A stretch of 62,077 nucleotides of DNA from Candidatus Nanoarchaeia archaeon (GTDB lineage Archaea; Nanobdellota; Nanobdellia; Woesearchaeales; GW2011-AR9). Shown here in pieces: positions 27,516 to 38,345 of the stretch. A program made the translations under genes and the position numbers. The stretch is taken from NCBI GenBank assembly GCA_035288985.1, contig DATDYP010000025.1, forward strand, positions 1 through 62,077, written 5' to 3'. Each line of letters begins with the position of its first letter. The first letter of the stretch is position 1. The notes below the pieces were generated by a model. It saw only the letters and a list, made by a program, of their open reading frames with translations. It did no database searches and was not told where the DNA came from.

Positions 27516-29801
27516 ATGCCAGAGGAAATCAAACTGAAAGTAATGGAAGCTGTACAGGATGATGTCAATAAGGGCATCGTCAAGATAGATTCCAATTTCA
27601 TGAAACAGATTGAAGTCAATCCAGGCGATATTGTCGAAGTTAAGGGAGAACGAGCAACCGCAGCTATCGTTGACCGTGCTTATCCTGGCGACATCGGCTT
27701 GAATATCATCCGCATGGATGGGAATATCAGGAAAAACAGCCGTACTTCTATTGGTGAGATGGTCACGGTACGAAAAGCGGAAGTGAAACCGGCTGTGAAA
27801 GTGTCCATTGCTCCGGTCAATAAGGGCGTGATGGTCAAAGCCTCTCCAGAACTGTTTAAACAAGGCTTACTGGGAAAGGCACTGATCAAGGGCGACATCG
27901 TTTCCTTAGGAGGACCGCGACGAAGGTCAGCATTCAGAGGAAATGATATTAATGACATCTTCTCTATGATGGAATCACATTTTGCCGGCTATGGCTTTGG
28001 TTCATTGAAGTTTATTGTTGTTGACACCCTGCCGCGCAAGGAAACGGTTGTCGTAACGCCAGAAACAGAAGTTGAATTTAATCCCAAGGCTATCGAGCTG
28101 AAAGAAGAAAGCATCAGTTTAGGGATCAACTATGAAGATATCGGCGGCCTAAGTGAGGAAATCAATAAAGTGAGGGAGATGATCGAGCTGCCGCTGAAAC
28201 ATCCGGAGATTTTTGAAAAGCTGGGCATTGAACCTCCTAAAGGAGTGCTGCTGCACGGCCCGCCGGGAACAGGAAAAACCCTATTAGCAAAAGCAGTTGC
28301 CTCTGAAACAAATGCACATTTTATCTTAATCAACGGTCCGGAAGTGATCTCCAAATTTTATGGCGAATCGGAGGCTAACCTGCGCAAGAAATTTGAAGAA
28401 GCAGAGCAGAATGCACCATCCATCATCTTCTTTGACGAGATTGATGCCATCGCCACAAAACGGGAAGAAACCAGAGGCGATGTTGAGAAACGTGTCGTAG
28501 CACAATTACTAGGCCTGATGGACGGCTTGAAAAGCAGGGGCAAGGTGATTGTCATCGCCGCTACCAACATACCTAATCTTCTTGATGCAGCCTTACGGCG
28601 GCCAGGACGTTTTGACCGGGAAATTGAGATCGGCGTTCCCGACAAGAATGGAAGATTGGATATTTTGAAAATCCATACGCGGAACATGCCTTTGGCAAAA
28701 AATGTCAGCCTTAAAGAAACCGCCAAAGTTACCCATGGCTTTGTAGGAGCGGATTTAAATTCATTAGCTAAAGAAGCAGCCATGATCGTCCTGCGGCGGA
28801 TCTTGCCGCAGTTAAAAGTTGAAGGAGTTGAGGATGGTGAGCCAATCCCAAAAGAGATCCTGGAAAAACTGATGGTGACGCAGAAAGATTTCCTGGAAGC
28901 GTTGAAAGTGGTCAGGCCTTCAGCAATGCGTGAAGTCCTTGTTGAAACTCCGGATGTAGCTTGGACAGATATCGGCGGTTTGGAGGACGTGAAAGAAAGG
29001 TTAAAGGAAGCAGTGGAATTGCCATTGAAAAGGCCGGAAGTGTTCAAGCGCCTGGGCATCAGGCCGCCGCGGGGAATACTATTGTATGGTCCGCCTGGAA
29101 CCGGAAAAACGTTATTGGCAAAAGCGGTAGCCAGGGAAAGTGAAGCTAATTTTATCCTCGTCAATGGTCCGAGCTTGTTAAGCAAATGGGTAGGAGAGTC
29201 TGAAAAGGCAGTCAGGGAAATTTTCCGCAAAGCCAGACAGACCGCGCCAACAATATTGTTCTTTGATGAGATTGATGCTCTCGTTCCGCGGCGGAATTCC
29301 GGGAGCGATGCCAAAGTTAATGAGCGTGTTGTTAACCAGATGCTAACTGAGATGGACGGATTAGAAAGTTTAAATGATGTTGTGATCATCGGTGCAACCA
29401 ACAGACCTGATATTGTTGATCCAGCATTATTGCGGCAAGGGCGTTTTGATCGCGTTATCTTAACACCAGTTGCTGATGAAGAAGGAAGGAAGAAAATATT
29501 TGAGATTTACACCAAGAAAATGCCGGTTGCAGCAGATGTTGATGTGGCTGAATTGGCAGCCAAGACACAGGGCTATGTGGGAGCAGATATTGAAGGAGTC
29601 TGCCGGGAAGCTGGCATGATCGCGCTGCGGGAAAATATAGACAGCAGCAAGATTACCATGGAACATTTCATGAAAGCGTTGGAGATTGTCAATCCTTCCG
29701 TTGACGAAGAAGTTGAGGAAGTGTATGATAAGCTTAAGGATTATTTCAGTTCAGCCAGAGCTAAGGAAATCAAGATTGAGAAAGCGGCTTATTTTGGGTG
29801 A
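27516..29801 (+). CDS. cdc48: Cdc48/VCP-family AAA+ ATPase
   Basis: N-domain plus two AAA modules with GPPGTGKT Walker A, FFDEID Walker B and second region of homology RRPGRFDRE / RQGRFDR. Confidence 0.97.
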   Translation: MPEEIKLKVMEAVQDDVNKGIVKIDSNFMKQIEVNPGDIVEVKGERATAAIVDRAYPGDIGLNIIRMDGNIRKNSRTSIGEMVTVRKAEVKPAVKVSIAPVNKGVMVKASPELFKQGLLGKALIKGDIVSLGGPRRRSAFRGNDINDIFSMMESHFAGYGFGSLKFIVVDTLPRKETVVVTPETEVEFNPKAIELKEESISLGINYEDIGGLSEEINKVREMIELPLKHPEIFEKLGIEPPKGVLLHGPPGTGKTLLAKAVASETNAHFILINGPEVISKFYGESEANLRKKFEEAEQNAPSIIFFDEIDAIATKREETRGDVEKRVVAQLLGLMDGLKSRGKVIVIAATNIPNLLDAALRRPGRFDREIEIGVPDKNGRLDILKIHTRNMPLAKNVSLKETAKVTHGFVGADLNSLAKEAAMIVLRRILPQLKVEGVEDGEPIPKEILEKLMVTQKDFLEALKVVRPSAMREVLVETPDVAWTDIGGLEDVKERLKEAVELPLKRPEVFKRLGIRPPRGILLYGPPGTGKTLLAKAVARESEANFILVNGPSLLSKWVGESEKAVREIFRKARQTAPTILFFDEIDALVPRRNSGSDAKVNERVVNQMLTEMDGLESLNDVVIIGATNRPDIVDPALLRQGRFDRVILTPVADEEGRKKIFEIYTKKMPVAADVDVAELAAKTQGYVGADIEGVCREAGMIALRENIDSSKITMEHFMKALEIVNPSVDEEVEEVYDKLKDYFSSARAKEIKIEKAAYFG

Positions 29802-30553
29802 TGGCAGCAAACAATTCTAGAGTTTTAGCAGTCCTTGCTTCTTCGTTGTTAGGTTGTGGTTCTGACACAGAAACACACGAACAACCATTGATTGTATGTG
29901 TTGATAAAACAAGATACCAGGCAGCAGTTCAGCAATATTATGAAAAATCAAGGGTAGAAGCAGAAGTGCTTCCTCCTGATTGGCCAGCATGGGTGAATGA
30001 TAATTACGATCGTTTTTGTCGCGCTTTTGATCTTACCGAATATAATTCTCAGGTAAAACAAAAAACAGTATCAGTGGTAGTGTTTTATTACAACAATGTT
30101 CCTATCCCTTACAAGAATCCCTGGCCTTCAGAAGAAGAGCATATGGAAGATTTAGAAAAACTATTAGAATTGACCTTTCCAAGCTGGAATTTTGTGGTTG
30201 ATTTTGGAGGGGAGGAATCGTTAGAGAAAATACAAGCTTATGATACCTCTGTATACCTCAATGCCGGAATCAATTTAGGGGGAGCCGGAAGTATCTTTTT
30301 AGATAGGGAAGGAGCGCTTCAACATGAGATGGCGCATGAATTAGGCTTAGAACACCATTATGATGTAATTGAAAATTACGGTAAAGGGATGAATATGGCG
30401 CCTGGTGAAACAAGATGCCTGATGGATATCTCTTCTAACCAATTAGGCAGTCCAGATCGGTTTGCCACCGATATTTCCATGCATATCGATAATGGCGCAA
30501 AAATCAAGGGACTTAAAAAAGAGATTAATGCTCGCTATCCTGATGAATATTAA
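29798..30553 (+). CDS. Putative lipoprotein metzincin-type zinc metalloprotease
   Basis: Lipobox LLGC; [11 protein letters not shown] (HExxHxxGxxH) and Met-turn CLMD. Confidence 0.75.
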   Translation: MMAANNSRVLAVLASSLLGCGSDTETHEQPLIVCVDKTRYQAAVQQYYEKSRVEAEVLPPDWPAWVNDNYDRFCRAFDLTEYNSQVKQKTVSVVVFYYNNVPIPYKNPWPSEEEHMEDLEKLLELTFPSWNFVVDFGGEESLEKIQAYDTSVYLNAGINLGGAGSIFLDREGALQHEMAHELGLEHHYDVIENYGKGMNMAPGETRCLMDISSNQLGSPDRFATDISMHIDNGAKIKGLKKEINARYPDEY

Positions 30554-30574
30554 TAAAAACCTCTCTCTTTATCC

Positions 30575-30914
30575 GTAATACTTTATCTTCTTGAAGTCAA
30601 AGTCGTCGTCTAGGCCTAGTTTTGTAAAATCTACTATGTATACTTTAGTCAAAGTTAAGTTCCGAGCCTATCAAATTCTGTTTTAATATCTAGGCTCAGT
30701 AGATTTTACTGGCCAAGACGACTTTGACTTCTCAATGAGAAAAATAGGGGCAGGCCAGCCAAATCTGGCGAAAATTATTTGTTATTATAACAGTAAAGTT
30801 GATCTTCTTATCAAAGATTTTCGCACCTTAACTATTTCTGACGAATGGTTTAGCAGATTTGGCAACATTGTAGGCCAAGCCCCTATTTTTCTCTTCAGAA
30901 AGCTAAAGTATTAC
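30575..30914. mobile_element. MITE-like element, 340 bp, containing two long nested hairpins
   Basis: Terminal inverted repeats GTAATACTTTA/TAAAGTATTAC, extending to 22 bp with 3 mismatches. 8-bp direct repeat CTTTATCC (30567-30574, 30915-30922). Internal perfect 15-bp stems 30593-30607/30717-30731 and 30737-30751/30879-30893. Confidence 0.7.
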
Positions 30915-30957
30915 CTTTATCCACAATCTTTTTAACTAAAACCCTTATTTTTGCCTT

Positions 30958-31638
30958 ATGAATGGCATAAAGCATCTTGGCATCATTCTGGACGGCAACC
31001 GCAGGTATGCAACAGCAAAAGGCCTGCCGCCCTGGGAAGGGCATAGATTAGGTATAAAGAACGGAAATAAGTTAATCAGCGAGTGGATGGTAGACCTTAA
31101 TATCAAAGAACTGACATTATATCTGTTCTCGATGCAGAATTTTAACAGGGATCCTAAAGAAGTCAAATTCCTTATGAAATTGTTTAAGGAATGGCTAAAA
31201 TCTCTTGATTTTAAGGAATTGAAAAAGAAAGGCATTAAAGTTAATTTTATTGGTAGAATCTATTTGTTCTCTAAAGATATACATTCTTCAATGAAAGAGA
31301 TCATGGAAAAGACTAAGGATAACGAGAATCATATTGTCAATCTGGCCATGGGTTATGGCGGGCAGGAAGAGATTGTTGATGCGGTTAACACTATTTTGAA
31401 GGAGGGAAGATTAAAACAAGTTGATGAGAAAGAATTTTCAAAATATCTTTACCTACAGAGTGAACCTGACATCATCATCAGAACTGGTGGAGCCAGAAGA
31501 ACTTCTAATTTCTTAGTCTGGCAGTCTTGGTATAGTGAATGGTTCTTTACAGAGAAAACCTGGCCGGAATTTACGAAAGAAGATCTGGTTAAAGTGATGG
31601 AAGAATATAAAAAAAGAGAACGAAGGTTTGGGAAGTAA
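30958..31638 (+). CDS. uppS: cis-prenyltransferase (undecaprenyl diphosphate synthase family)
   Basis: IILDGNRRYA, FSMQNFNR, IIRTGG, SNFLVWQSWYSE. Confidence 0.94.
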   Translation: MNGIKHLGIILDGNRRYATAKGLPPWEGHRLGIKNGNKLISEWMVDLNIKELTLYLFSMQNFNRDPKEVKFLMKLFKEWLKSLDFKELKKKGIKVNFIGRIYLFSKDIHSSMKEIMEKTKDNENHIVNLAMGYGGQEEIVDAVNTILKEGRLKQVDEKEFSKYLYLQSEPDIIIRTGGARRTSNFLVWQSWYSEWFFTEKTWPEFTKEDLVKVMEEYKKRERRFGK

Positions 31639-31641
31639 GGT

Positions 31642-32277
31642 ATGCATAAAGTAGAACTAAGTATTCACCATAGAACCTGCTGGGGATCAGAAATAAGCAG
31701 TAAATTCCCGTATCACCAGTTTTCATCAGTAGATTGCAGATGGATAAAAGACCAAGTTGTCCATATTTTACTAGCACGAGGGGATTCATCACAATTTAAG
31801 ATGATTATTGGATATCTCAACAAGAGAAAAGATGTGATGAAAGTGGAATTTCTTAGTGAAGATGACCAGAGTATCTATCTTAGGGTTCTAACCAAGAAAG
31901 ATGAACATACTCCCCAATTTTCCGATTTATTCTTTGAACATCATTGTTTCCCTGTTCTGCCTACTAGATTTGAAGGGAAGTATGAAGTCTGGACGTTGGG
32001 AACAGCCGAAAAGAATAATATTACAGATGTATATAATTTACTGAAAAAGAAACATTCTGTAAAAATAGATTACCTTAAAGAAGAAACAATTCAAAATGCT
32101 CTTACAAAAAAACAAAGAGAAGTTCTAAATTACGCAAAGCATTTTGGGTATTATGAATGGCCAAGGAAAAAAACAGTTACAGACATTTGTATTATAATAA
32201 ATATGCCAAAAACAGTTTTTCTCTCGCATCTGAGAAAAGCCGAGAATAAAATTATGTCTGACTTCTTATCCCGATGA
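31642..32277 (+). CDS. Transcription regulator with C-terminal bacterio-opsin-activator-type HTH
   Basis: LTKKQREVLNYAKHFGYYEWPRK...SHLRKAENKI. Confidence 0.8.
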   Translation: MHKVELSIHHRTCWGSEISSKFPYHQFSSVDCRWIKDQVVHILLARGDSSQFKMIIGYLNKRKDVMKVEFLSEDDQSIYLRVLTKKDEHTPQFSDLFFEHHCFPVLPTRFEGKYEVWTLGTAEKNNITDVYNLLKKKHSVKIDYLKEETIQNALTKKQREVLNYAKHFGYYEWPRKKTVTDICIIINMPKTVFLSHLRKAENKIMSDFLSR

Positions 32278-32310
32278 AAGTAGACCATGGTCTATAGAAA
32301 TTTAATATAG

Positions 32311-32757
32311 ATGTCGGTATTTTTCTCTGCCATGGAGTTTAAACCATTTGAAAATAAGCTTGTAGCAGTCTTGAGTAAGAACATAGAGACAGGTAGAGCT
32401 ATGAATGCTTTGGCTCATATGGCGTTAGGATTAAGCGGAAGTGTTAAAAATAGAGAGGAACTAAGACTACAAGATTATACTGATGCTGACAGAGAAAGAC
32501 ACCCTCAAATTTCAGACATACCATTCATTATTCTTAAAGGAAGCTCTGGTCAGATACGAAACCTACGAAAATCTGCTCTTGAAAATGGTTTGCATTTTAC
32601 TGATTTTACCAATACTATGATTGGAGAGACGTATGTTCAACAACATCAAAATACCCAGAAAACGAGAGAAGAAGACTTGGAGTATTTTGGAATTTGTTTG
32701 TTTGGGAATTGGGGAAAAATTTCTGAACTTACCAAAAAATTTTCGTTATGGAGGTAG
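32311..32757 (+). CDS. DUF2000-like (peptidyl-tRNA hydrolase II-like) protein
   Basis: KLVAVLSKNIETGRAMNALAHMALGL, YTDAD, ISDIPFIILKG. Confidence 0.7.
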   Translation: MSVFFSAMEFKPFENKLVAVLSKNIETGRAMNALAHMALGLSGSVKNREELRLQDYTDADRERHPQISDIPFIILKGSSGQIRNLRKSALENGLHFTDFTNTMIGETYVQQHQNTQKTREEDLEYFGICLFGNWGKISELTKKFSLWR

Positions 32758-32763
32758 AATAAC

Positions 32764-33105
32764 ATGGATCCTGACCTTCGACAACTGATAGACAGCCGGG
32801 AATATAGGGGATTTACTGGCGAAGCTGCTGTAGAAGAAGCATATCAACGAATTTCTGAAAGATATGACCAACCTAGAAACGAATCTGATTTGATTATGAC
32901 TCTTATTAATTCTAATGGATTTAAATCCTTGTTTGAGATGTATTTTGCCCTACATCCAGAAGAAGCTCAACAGATTGTGGACGAGCATAATGCCAGATTT
33001 ACTGGATTACGAGGATGGTTAGAACCGTTTGCATACTTTTGCAATCCAGTTCGTGGTGCAAGATATGAGGCTGCAAGAAGGCAATTAGAAGAGCATAAGG
33101 AATAA
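32764..33105 (+). CDS. Hypothetical protein
   Basis: 113-aa co-oriented ORF. Confidence 0.55.
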   Translation: MDPDLRQLIDSREYRGFTGEAAVEEAYQRISERYDQPRNESDLIMTLINSNGFKSLFEMYFALHPEEAQQIVDEHNARFTGLRGWLEPFAYFCNPVRGARYEAARRQLEEHKE

Positions 33106-33111
33106 AAAAAA

Positions 33112-33900
33112 TTACAACTTACTCCCTAACTCAATTGCCGCCTGCCGCATGTCTCTTGCTTCATAGATTCCTCTGCCAACGATGGCATGGAAACGTTGGC
33201 CAGCTGCCGCTGCTCCTTTTGAAACCTCCCCGCCTTGAGCTACAAAACCAGGAGAGAAGAAGGAAGGATTTTCTATCCCGCCCTGTTCCTCAATGTAGGA
33301 TTTGTAGAGAGCAATTCGCTCCGGCTTATTGCCGGGAACGACAAAGTCTTCCACACCCAATTTTGCTGCAATGAGATACATCATCAGAACACCTTCTGGC
33401 CTGATAAATCCAGTTTGATCGACCATCCCAAGTTGATGGAAGATTGCACTATAATCAGTCTTGACCGTACCATCTTTGTTCCTTTCATTGCTAAAATCAC
33501 CATCCAGATAACGGGCATGAGTCATCTCACCACCTACGATAACACCTAATCCTAGTTCTTGGGCAGTTTTGATCCAACTGTATTCAGTTACCGGACCTGA
33601 TTGAGGAAATAATATTACAGCGTCAATTCCAGATTCCTTCATCTGCTCCAAAATACTGCGAGCGGTGTCTGGGGTGTCTGTTCCCAATTTTTGCCCGTCA
33701 AAGATCAGCGGCTTGCCAGTTTCATATCTTGCGACTTCAACGACCGCATCATAACCAGGCCTTCCTGTTAACGCCGGCCCAATCTTATAGCCGCCAATTA
33801 CATCCAAATCCCCCGTTGCTTTGACAAGCTGTTCAAAAACCTTCAAAGGCACGTCACATGCCGGTATGATACTTCGATCTCGTTCAATTATCTTTCCCAT
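33112..33900 (-). CDS. pyrF: Orotidine 5'-phosphate decarboxylase
   Basis: IPACDV, GGYKIG, IFDGQKLGTDTPDT (DxKxxD-type), PGFVAQGG, IVGRGIY; adjacent to pyrE. Confidence 0.85.
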   Translation of the reverse strand: MGKIIERDRSIIPACDVPLKVFEQLVKATGDLDVIGGYKIGPALTGRPGYDAVVEVARYETGKPLIFDGQKLGTDTPDTARSILEQMKESGIDAVILFPQSGPVTEYSWIKTAQELGLGVIVGGEMTHARYLDGDFSNERNKDGTVKTDYSAIFHQLGMVDQTGFIRPEGVLMMYLIAAKLGVEDFVVPGNKPERIALYKSYIEEQGGIENPSFFSPGFVAQGGEVSKGAAAAGQRFHAIVGRGIYEARDMRQAAIELGSKL

Positions 33901-33902
33901 TT

Positions 33903-34631
33903 TTATTCACCTAAATGTATCGGTTCAACACCATATTGTCTAAATTCAGCTTCAACTTTATCAGCAATATCACGTCCTGGCTGCAATTTCTGATATGCTA
34001 GCGGCAATAGATCAAGAGCATTGCTGAGCGATCTATATGGAACATTCATGCGTGCTAGAGCTCTCCGAACACTTAAACCATCATCACGCAGTTCCATGCG
34101 ATTAGTAAGGCCGATAGCAGCAACGACAGGTACCCCATCATTCCTAAGACGTTCTATTTCATCAATTAAGGAACCTCCAGTGGTAGTGACATCTTCCAGA
34201 ACAAGAGTTGGTCCTTTAGGCACCCCGCCTATATAATGTCTATCTTCCGGTCTGCCATGATCTTTTGGCTTGCTCCGCCTCAACGTCAGCTTATCGCTTC
34301 CAAAATCATATTCTGGTGATCGTTTAGCTAGTTCGACTTTTGTGAAGGCAGCAAGAAACGTCGCTCCGTCAGGAACACCATAAATATACTGTGCTTTGAT
34401 ACCATAGTCACTGATATAATCTGTGATAAAATCTGCAACATGAGTTGCCAGAACGCCAAGCGTAAACACATCAGTAGTAGCTTCCCGCCAATTGACATAC
34501 CAATTAGACTGCCGTCCTGATTTAAGCGTAACCGGCTCTTCAAAAAAACCAATCACACCTCGATCCAGAACAAAATTGTTAAATCTCTCTTGATTGAATC
34601 TTCGCATGTTCAAAACCCCCATTTCCAGCAT
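33903..34631 (-). CDS. pyrE: Orotate phosphoribosyltransferase
   Basis: LKSGRQSNWY, KPKDHG, PRPP-binding LVLEDVTTTGGS. Confidence 0.88.
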   Translation of the reverse strand: MLEMGVLNMRRFNQERFNNFVLDRGVIGFFEEPVTLKSGRQSNWYVNWREATTDVFTLGVLATHVADFITDYISDYGIKAQYIYGVPDGATFLAAFTKVELAKRSPEYDFGSDKLTLRRSKPKDHGRPEDRHYIGGVPKGPTLVLEDVTTTGGSLIDEIERLRNDGVPVVAAIGLTNRMELRDDGLSVRRALARMNVPYRSLSNALDLLPLAYQKLQPGRDIADKVEAEFRQYGVEPIHLGE

Positions 34632-34716
34632 TCCAACAAGAACTCTTTAATAAATGTTTTGAATTATCCACTTAACCACAACAATCCATATAAATGCCTT
34701 TTTGTACTGAAAACAG

Positions 34717-36519
34717 ATGTCTGCAATACACCTTCTCGATGAAGATCTGATCAATAAGATTGCCGCAGGAGAGGTAGTTGAACGCCCGGCTTCAGTAGTA
34801 AAAGAGATAGTAGAAAATTCCCTGGATGCCCAGGCGACGAAGATAGATGTAGAAATACAAGATTCCGGCAAGAAGCTGATAAAAGTAAGTGATAACGGCG
34901 AAGGGATGAGCAAAGAAGATGTCTTAAAATCCGTCCTCAGGCATGCTACCAGCAAGATCCAGTCCGTGGAAGAATTATTTTCCATCACCACTCTCGGCTT
35001 TCGCGGCGAAGCCCTGGCCAGCATCGCAGCCGTATCACAACTTTCTATTACTTCAAAACAGAAAGGAAAACTAGAAGGGTTTACTATGGTACTAGAAAAC
35101 GGAGGTATCATCAATTCTGGAATCGCTGCAGCAGAAGAAGGTACAACTGTAGAAGTTCGTAATCTCTTTTTCAATACACCAGCAAGAAAAAAATTTCTCA
35201 AGACCGATGCCGTGGAGTTGCGGCATATCATTGATGTGGTCATTAACTACGCTCTAGCCAACCCGAAAGTTTCTTTCAAACTAACACACGAAGGGCACAC
35301 GCTGCTGCATTCGCCTGCTGTTGCTGATGCACGGAGCAATATTGCTTCTATCTACGGGATACAGCTGGCCAAGGAATTGCTGGAAGTGCAGTATCAAGAT
35401 GAGTTTGTAAAAATTAACGGCTTCATCGCCAAACCGTATCAAGTCAGGAATGATAAAACCCAGCAAGTTCTGTTGGTCAATAAAAGATGGGTCAAAAATA
35501 ATGACATCACCAAGGCTGTTTACGACGGCTATCATTCCATGTTGTTTGTGAATAAGCATCCTGTTTTTGTCTTGAATCTGGATCTTGATCCGCAGAAGAT
35601 TGACGTCAATGTCCATCCGCAGAAATCTGAAATCAAGATTGAACAGAAAGAACTGGTGATAAAGGCCGTAACTACGGCTGTTAACCAGACCTTGAGGAAG
35701 CATAACCTTATCCCGGTATTGGATGTTGAGTTTGAACAGCAAACCAGTTTTGGCATCCCTGCACAAAAGAAGGTAGAAAAACCTGCCTACAAATATCAGT
35801 TTGAAAAAGCCCAGCAGACCATGTTTGTGCGGGAAGAAGCCTTGCCATTGCAGGAAGCAGAGGAAGATAAAGAAGTATATCAGGAGCAGGAACCAGTAAT
35901 CATCCCGGAACAGGAAGCTGCTGCAGAAAGAACTGAAACATCAGCAATTCCAGCATTAAAAATTCTCGGACAGGTGCACAAGACCTTTTTCGTAGCCGAA
36001 ACGCCGGGAGGGATGATGTGTATCGATCAGCATGCTGCCCATGAACGGGTCTTGTATGAGCAGTTTATGAAGCAGTACATGAACAAGCAGATTGAGGTCC
36101 AGCATCTGCTGCAGGGCGAAATGATGGAATTTTCTCCGGCAGAGAAAATACTAGTAATGGAAAGAAAGGCAGAGCTAGAACGATACGGCTTCAGGCTGGA
36201 AGAGTTTGGCGACAATGCTTTTGTCCTTAAGACAGTGCCGTCATTGCTAGGCAGGATACAGCCGGCAGAAATAACCTACGAAATAGTCAACAAGCTGCAG
36301 CAGGAGAAAGGTTCATTACAGGAGATACAGGAAGAGATCATCACCAGGATGGCCTGTCGTGCTGCAGTGATGGCTGGAGAAGTTCTAAGCATTTTTCAAA
36401 TTAATGCCATCTTAGATGATCTGTCGTTGTGCCAACATCCCTATACCTGCCCGCATGGACGCCCGACTATGATCAAGACCTCGTATGAGGAGTTGGAGAA
36501 GAAGTTTAAACGGAAGTAA
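34717..36519 (+). CDS. mutL: DNA mismatch repair endonuclease MutL
   Basis: KIAAGEVVERPASVVKE, DNGEG, TLGFRGEALASI, DVNVHPQK, endonuclease motifs DQHAAHERVLYE and CPHGRP. Confidence 0.97.
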   Translation: MSAIHLLDEDLINKIAAGEVVERPASVVKEIVENSLDAQATKIDVEIQDSGKKLIKVSDNGEGMSKEDVLKSVLRHATSKIQSVEELFSITTLGFRGEALASIAAVSQLSITSKQKGKLEGFTMVLENGGIINSGIAAAEEGTTVEVRNLFFNTPARKKFLKTDAVELRHIIDVVINYALANPKVSFKLTHEGHTLLHSPAVADARSNIASIYGIQLAKELLEVQYQDEFVKINGFIAKPYQVRNDKTQQVLLVNKRWVKNNDITKAVYDGYHSMLFVNKHPVFVLNLDLDPQKIDVNVHPQKSEIKIEQKELVIKAVTTAVNQTLRKHNLIPVLDVEFEQQTSFGIPAQKKVEKPAYKYQFEKAQQTMFVREEALPLQEAEEDKEVYQEQEPVIIPEQEAAAERTETSAIPALKILGQVHKTFFVAETPGGMMCIDQHAAHERVLYEQFMKQYMNKQIEVQHLLQGEMMEFSPAEKILVMERKAELERYGFRLEEFGDNAFVLKTVPSLLGRIQPAEITYEIVNKLQQEKGSLQEIQEEIITRMACRAAVMAGEVLSIFQINAILDDLSLCQHPYTCPHGRPTMIKTSYEELEKKFKRK

Positions 36520-36549
36520 GGCCGTGGGATTAGACAAAAAACTCTTAAT

Positions 36550-37233
36550 TTATTTCTCACCAACCGCATACCCTTTTGGAACTTCTACATCTTCAGTCTT
36601 CACCGAATTTAAACCGAGCTGAGTGAAGGAATGCTCCTCGCCAGAACCTTCAACCACATACTTCATCGTTAATCCAGAAAACTTGTCCAGATTGATTGTG
36701 GTAGTCCCATAAGCAACGATCATCGTTTTACGCTGTTCGATCAACTCATCCCCTCTGATAACTGCATCGGCAGGAATTCCTTGCGACAAGAGATGCGGCA
36801 AATATGGTAGATCCTCAGTAGAATAGGCAATAGGATAAATTTTTAACCTCAAGCCTTCGCAGGCAACACTCAACGATTCACAGACTGCAAACGCTGTCTT
36901 TTCTATCGGATCAAGATACACAGTATCATATGATAACATCTTGCTCACTCTCACAGGGGTAGAATATTCCTTCTTGATTTTCCCCTTGTAATAAAATACT
37001 AAATATCCACTGGAAGCTATAGAAGTTGTTTTCTTGTAGAAATACCTGTAATTGTCAGCGGTCTTGCTTTTTTCCACCAGTTCTGCTATGGCTGGATCCA
37101 GCTTAAGTTGCTCGACAATGATTGGCTTTTCGGTGATTTCACTCGGCAACGGTTCAGGAGGCGATTCCTGAACTGGTACACAGGCTGTAAGCATAAGAAT
37201 GGATAAGATACATCCAATAATCACCAGCTTCAT
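36550..37233 (-). CDS. Putative lipoprotein (LolA-like/outer-surface beta protein, function unknown)
   Basis: MKLVIIGCILSILMLTAC lipobox; start reassigned to the ATG at 37233. Confidence 0.6.
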   Translation of the reverse strand: MKLVIIGCILSILMLTACVPVQESPPEPLPSEITEKPIIVEQLKLDPAIAELVEKSKTADNYRYFYKKTTSIASSGYLVFYYKGKIKKEYSTPVRVSKMLSYDTVYLDPIEKTAFAVCESLSVACEGLRLKIYPIAYSTEDLPYLPHLLSQGIPADAVIRGDELIEQRKTMIVAYGTTTINLDKFSGLTMKYVVEGSGEEHSFTQLGLNSVKTEDVEVPKGYAVGEK

Positions 37234-37317
37234 AGGCAGAAAGAAATACAAAATACTATTTAAAGCTATTCTTCACCCACCGCAAACTATTTTAACCCTT
37301 ACGTTTTCCAATAAGAT

Positions 37318-37947
37318 ATGAAAATCATCCTTGTCGGCCCTCCGGGAAGCGGGAAGGGAACCATCTCCGAACGACTGGAAAAGGACTTTAAGCTGAAACA
37401 TCTTTCTGCTGGGGAATTGCTGCGGGAAGAGGTAAAAAAAGACACCACCATCGGCAGGGATATCAAAAACCTTATTGAGAAAGGAAACTTAGTTCCCGAT
37501 CAATTGGTAGTAGAGATCATCAAGCTGGAAGTAAAGGGGAAGGATAATTATATCCTGGACGGCTTCCCTCGATCACTGAAACAGGCCGAGGCAATTGATA
37601 ATATGAACATTAGCACGGTCATTTATGTTGAGGTTCCGGAGAATGTCATTGTAGAACGCCTCTCCGGACGACGGGTATGCGCAACAGGAGTGCATGGCTA
37701 CCATCTCAAATACCTCCCTCCCAAAAAACCAGGTGTCTGCGATCATGATGGAACAAAACTTACCATGCGGAAGGACGACGCTCCAGAGATTGTCAAGGAG
37801 CGCTTCAGAGTCTACTATAAGACTACCCAGCCGCTGATCAAATATTACAGCCAAAAAGGGCTTCTAGCAACAGTTGACGGTACTCTTGCTCCAGAGCAGG
37901 TTTATGCTTCGGTAAAAAAGATTATCTTACTACAGAAAAAAAAATAA
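37318..37947 (+). CDS. adk: Adenylate kinase (bacterial type with LID)
   Basis: GPPGSGKGT, YILDGFPR, RLSGRRVC, RKDD. Confidence 0.94.
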   Translation: MKIILVGPPGSGKGTISERLEKDFKLKHLSAGELLREEVKKDTTIGRDIKNLIEKGNLVPDQLVVEIIKLEVKGKDNYILDGFPRSLKQAEAIDNMNISTVIYVEVPENVIVERLSGRRVCATGVHGYHLKYLPPKKPGVCDHDGTKLTMRKDDAPEIVKERFRVYYKTTQPLIKYYSQKGLLATVDGTLAPEQVYASVKKIILLQKKK

Positions 37948-37973
37948 GAGAACAAATAAAAAATCGGTGAACG

Positions 37974-38345
37974 ATGACAACTCAAGTGCTTGCAGCAATT
38001 GGCTTCCTGCTCTCAGCTTATGCTTTCTACGTCAAGATAAGGGCAGGAAAATCAAAATCATATAAACCATTATGCGATATCAAGAAAAATATCTCCTGCA
38101 CAAAGGCCTTTACCAGCAAGTATGGAAGCATAGCAGTTCTTCCCAATCCAGTGTATGGGATGGTGTTTTACCTTCTGCTGTTCATAATCCATGAACACCG
38201 GGTGCTGTTATACTTAAGCACCGTCGCAATGCTGGGAACGATCTATTTGGCTTACTTATCCTACATCAAACAACAGAATTACTGCCTCGTCTGCAGTGGT
38301 ATTTATGTAGTCAATATATTACTGTTTCTAGTCAATCTATTCTAA
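37974..38345 (+). CDS. Vitamin K epoxide reductase (VKOR) family protein
   Basis: CDIKKNISC loop, LPNPVYG, active-site CLVC, four transmembrane segments. Confidence 0.85.
   Translation: MTTQVLAAIGFLLSAYAFYVKIRAGKSKSYKPLCDIKKNISCTKAFTSKYGSIAVLPNPVYGMVFYLLLFIIHEHRVLLYLSTVAMLGTIYLAYLSYIKQQNYCLVCSGIYVVNILLFLVNLF

Noticed and set aside
28358-29401. 347-aa antisense ORF (likewise 57546-58385, 34647-35243 and many shorter ones)
   Set aside because: Opposite conserved genes (cdc48, sulP, mutL) and made of typical antisense-frame vocabulary; no independent motifs
30917-30925. Perfect DnaA box TTATCCACA
   Set aside because: Single occurrence created by the target repeat plus promoter motif; archaeal host with no dnaA or cdc6 nearby
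30735-30935. 66-aa ORF inside the palindromic element (also 53117-53377, 53202-53453, 56388-56607)
   Set aside because: No start context or motifs; these fall across inverted repeats and are best explained as chance frames
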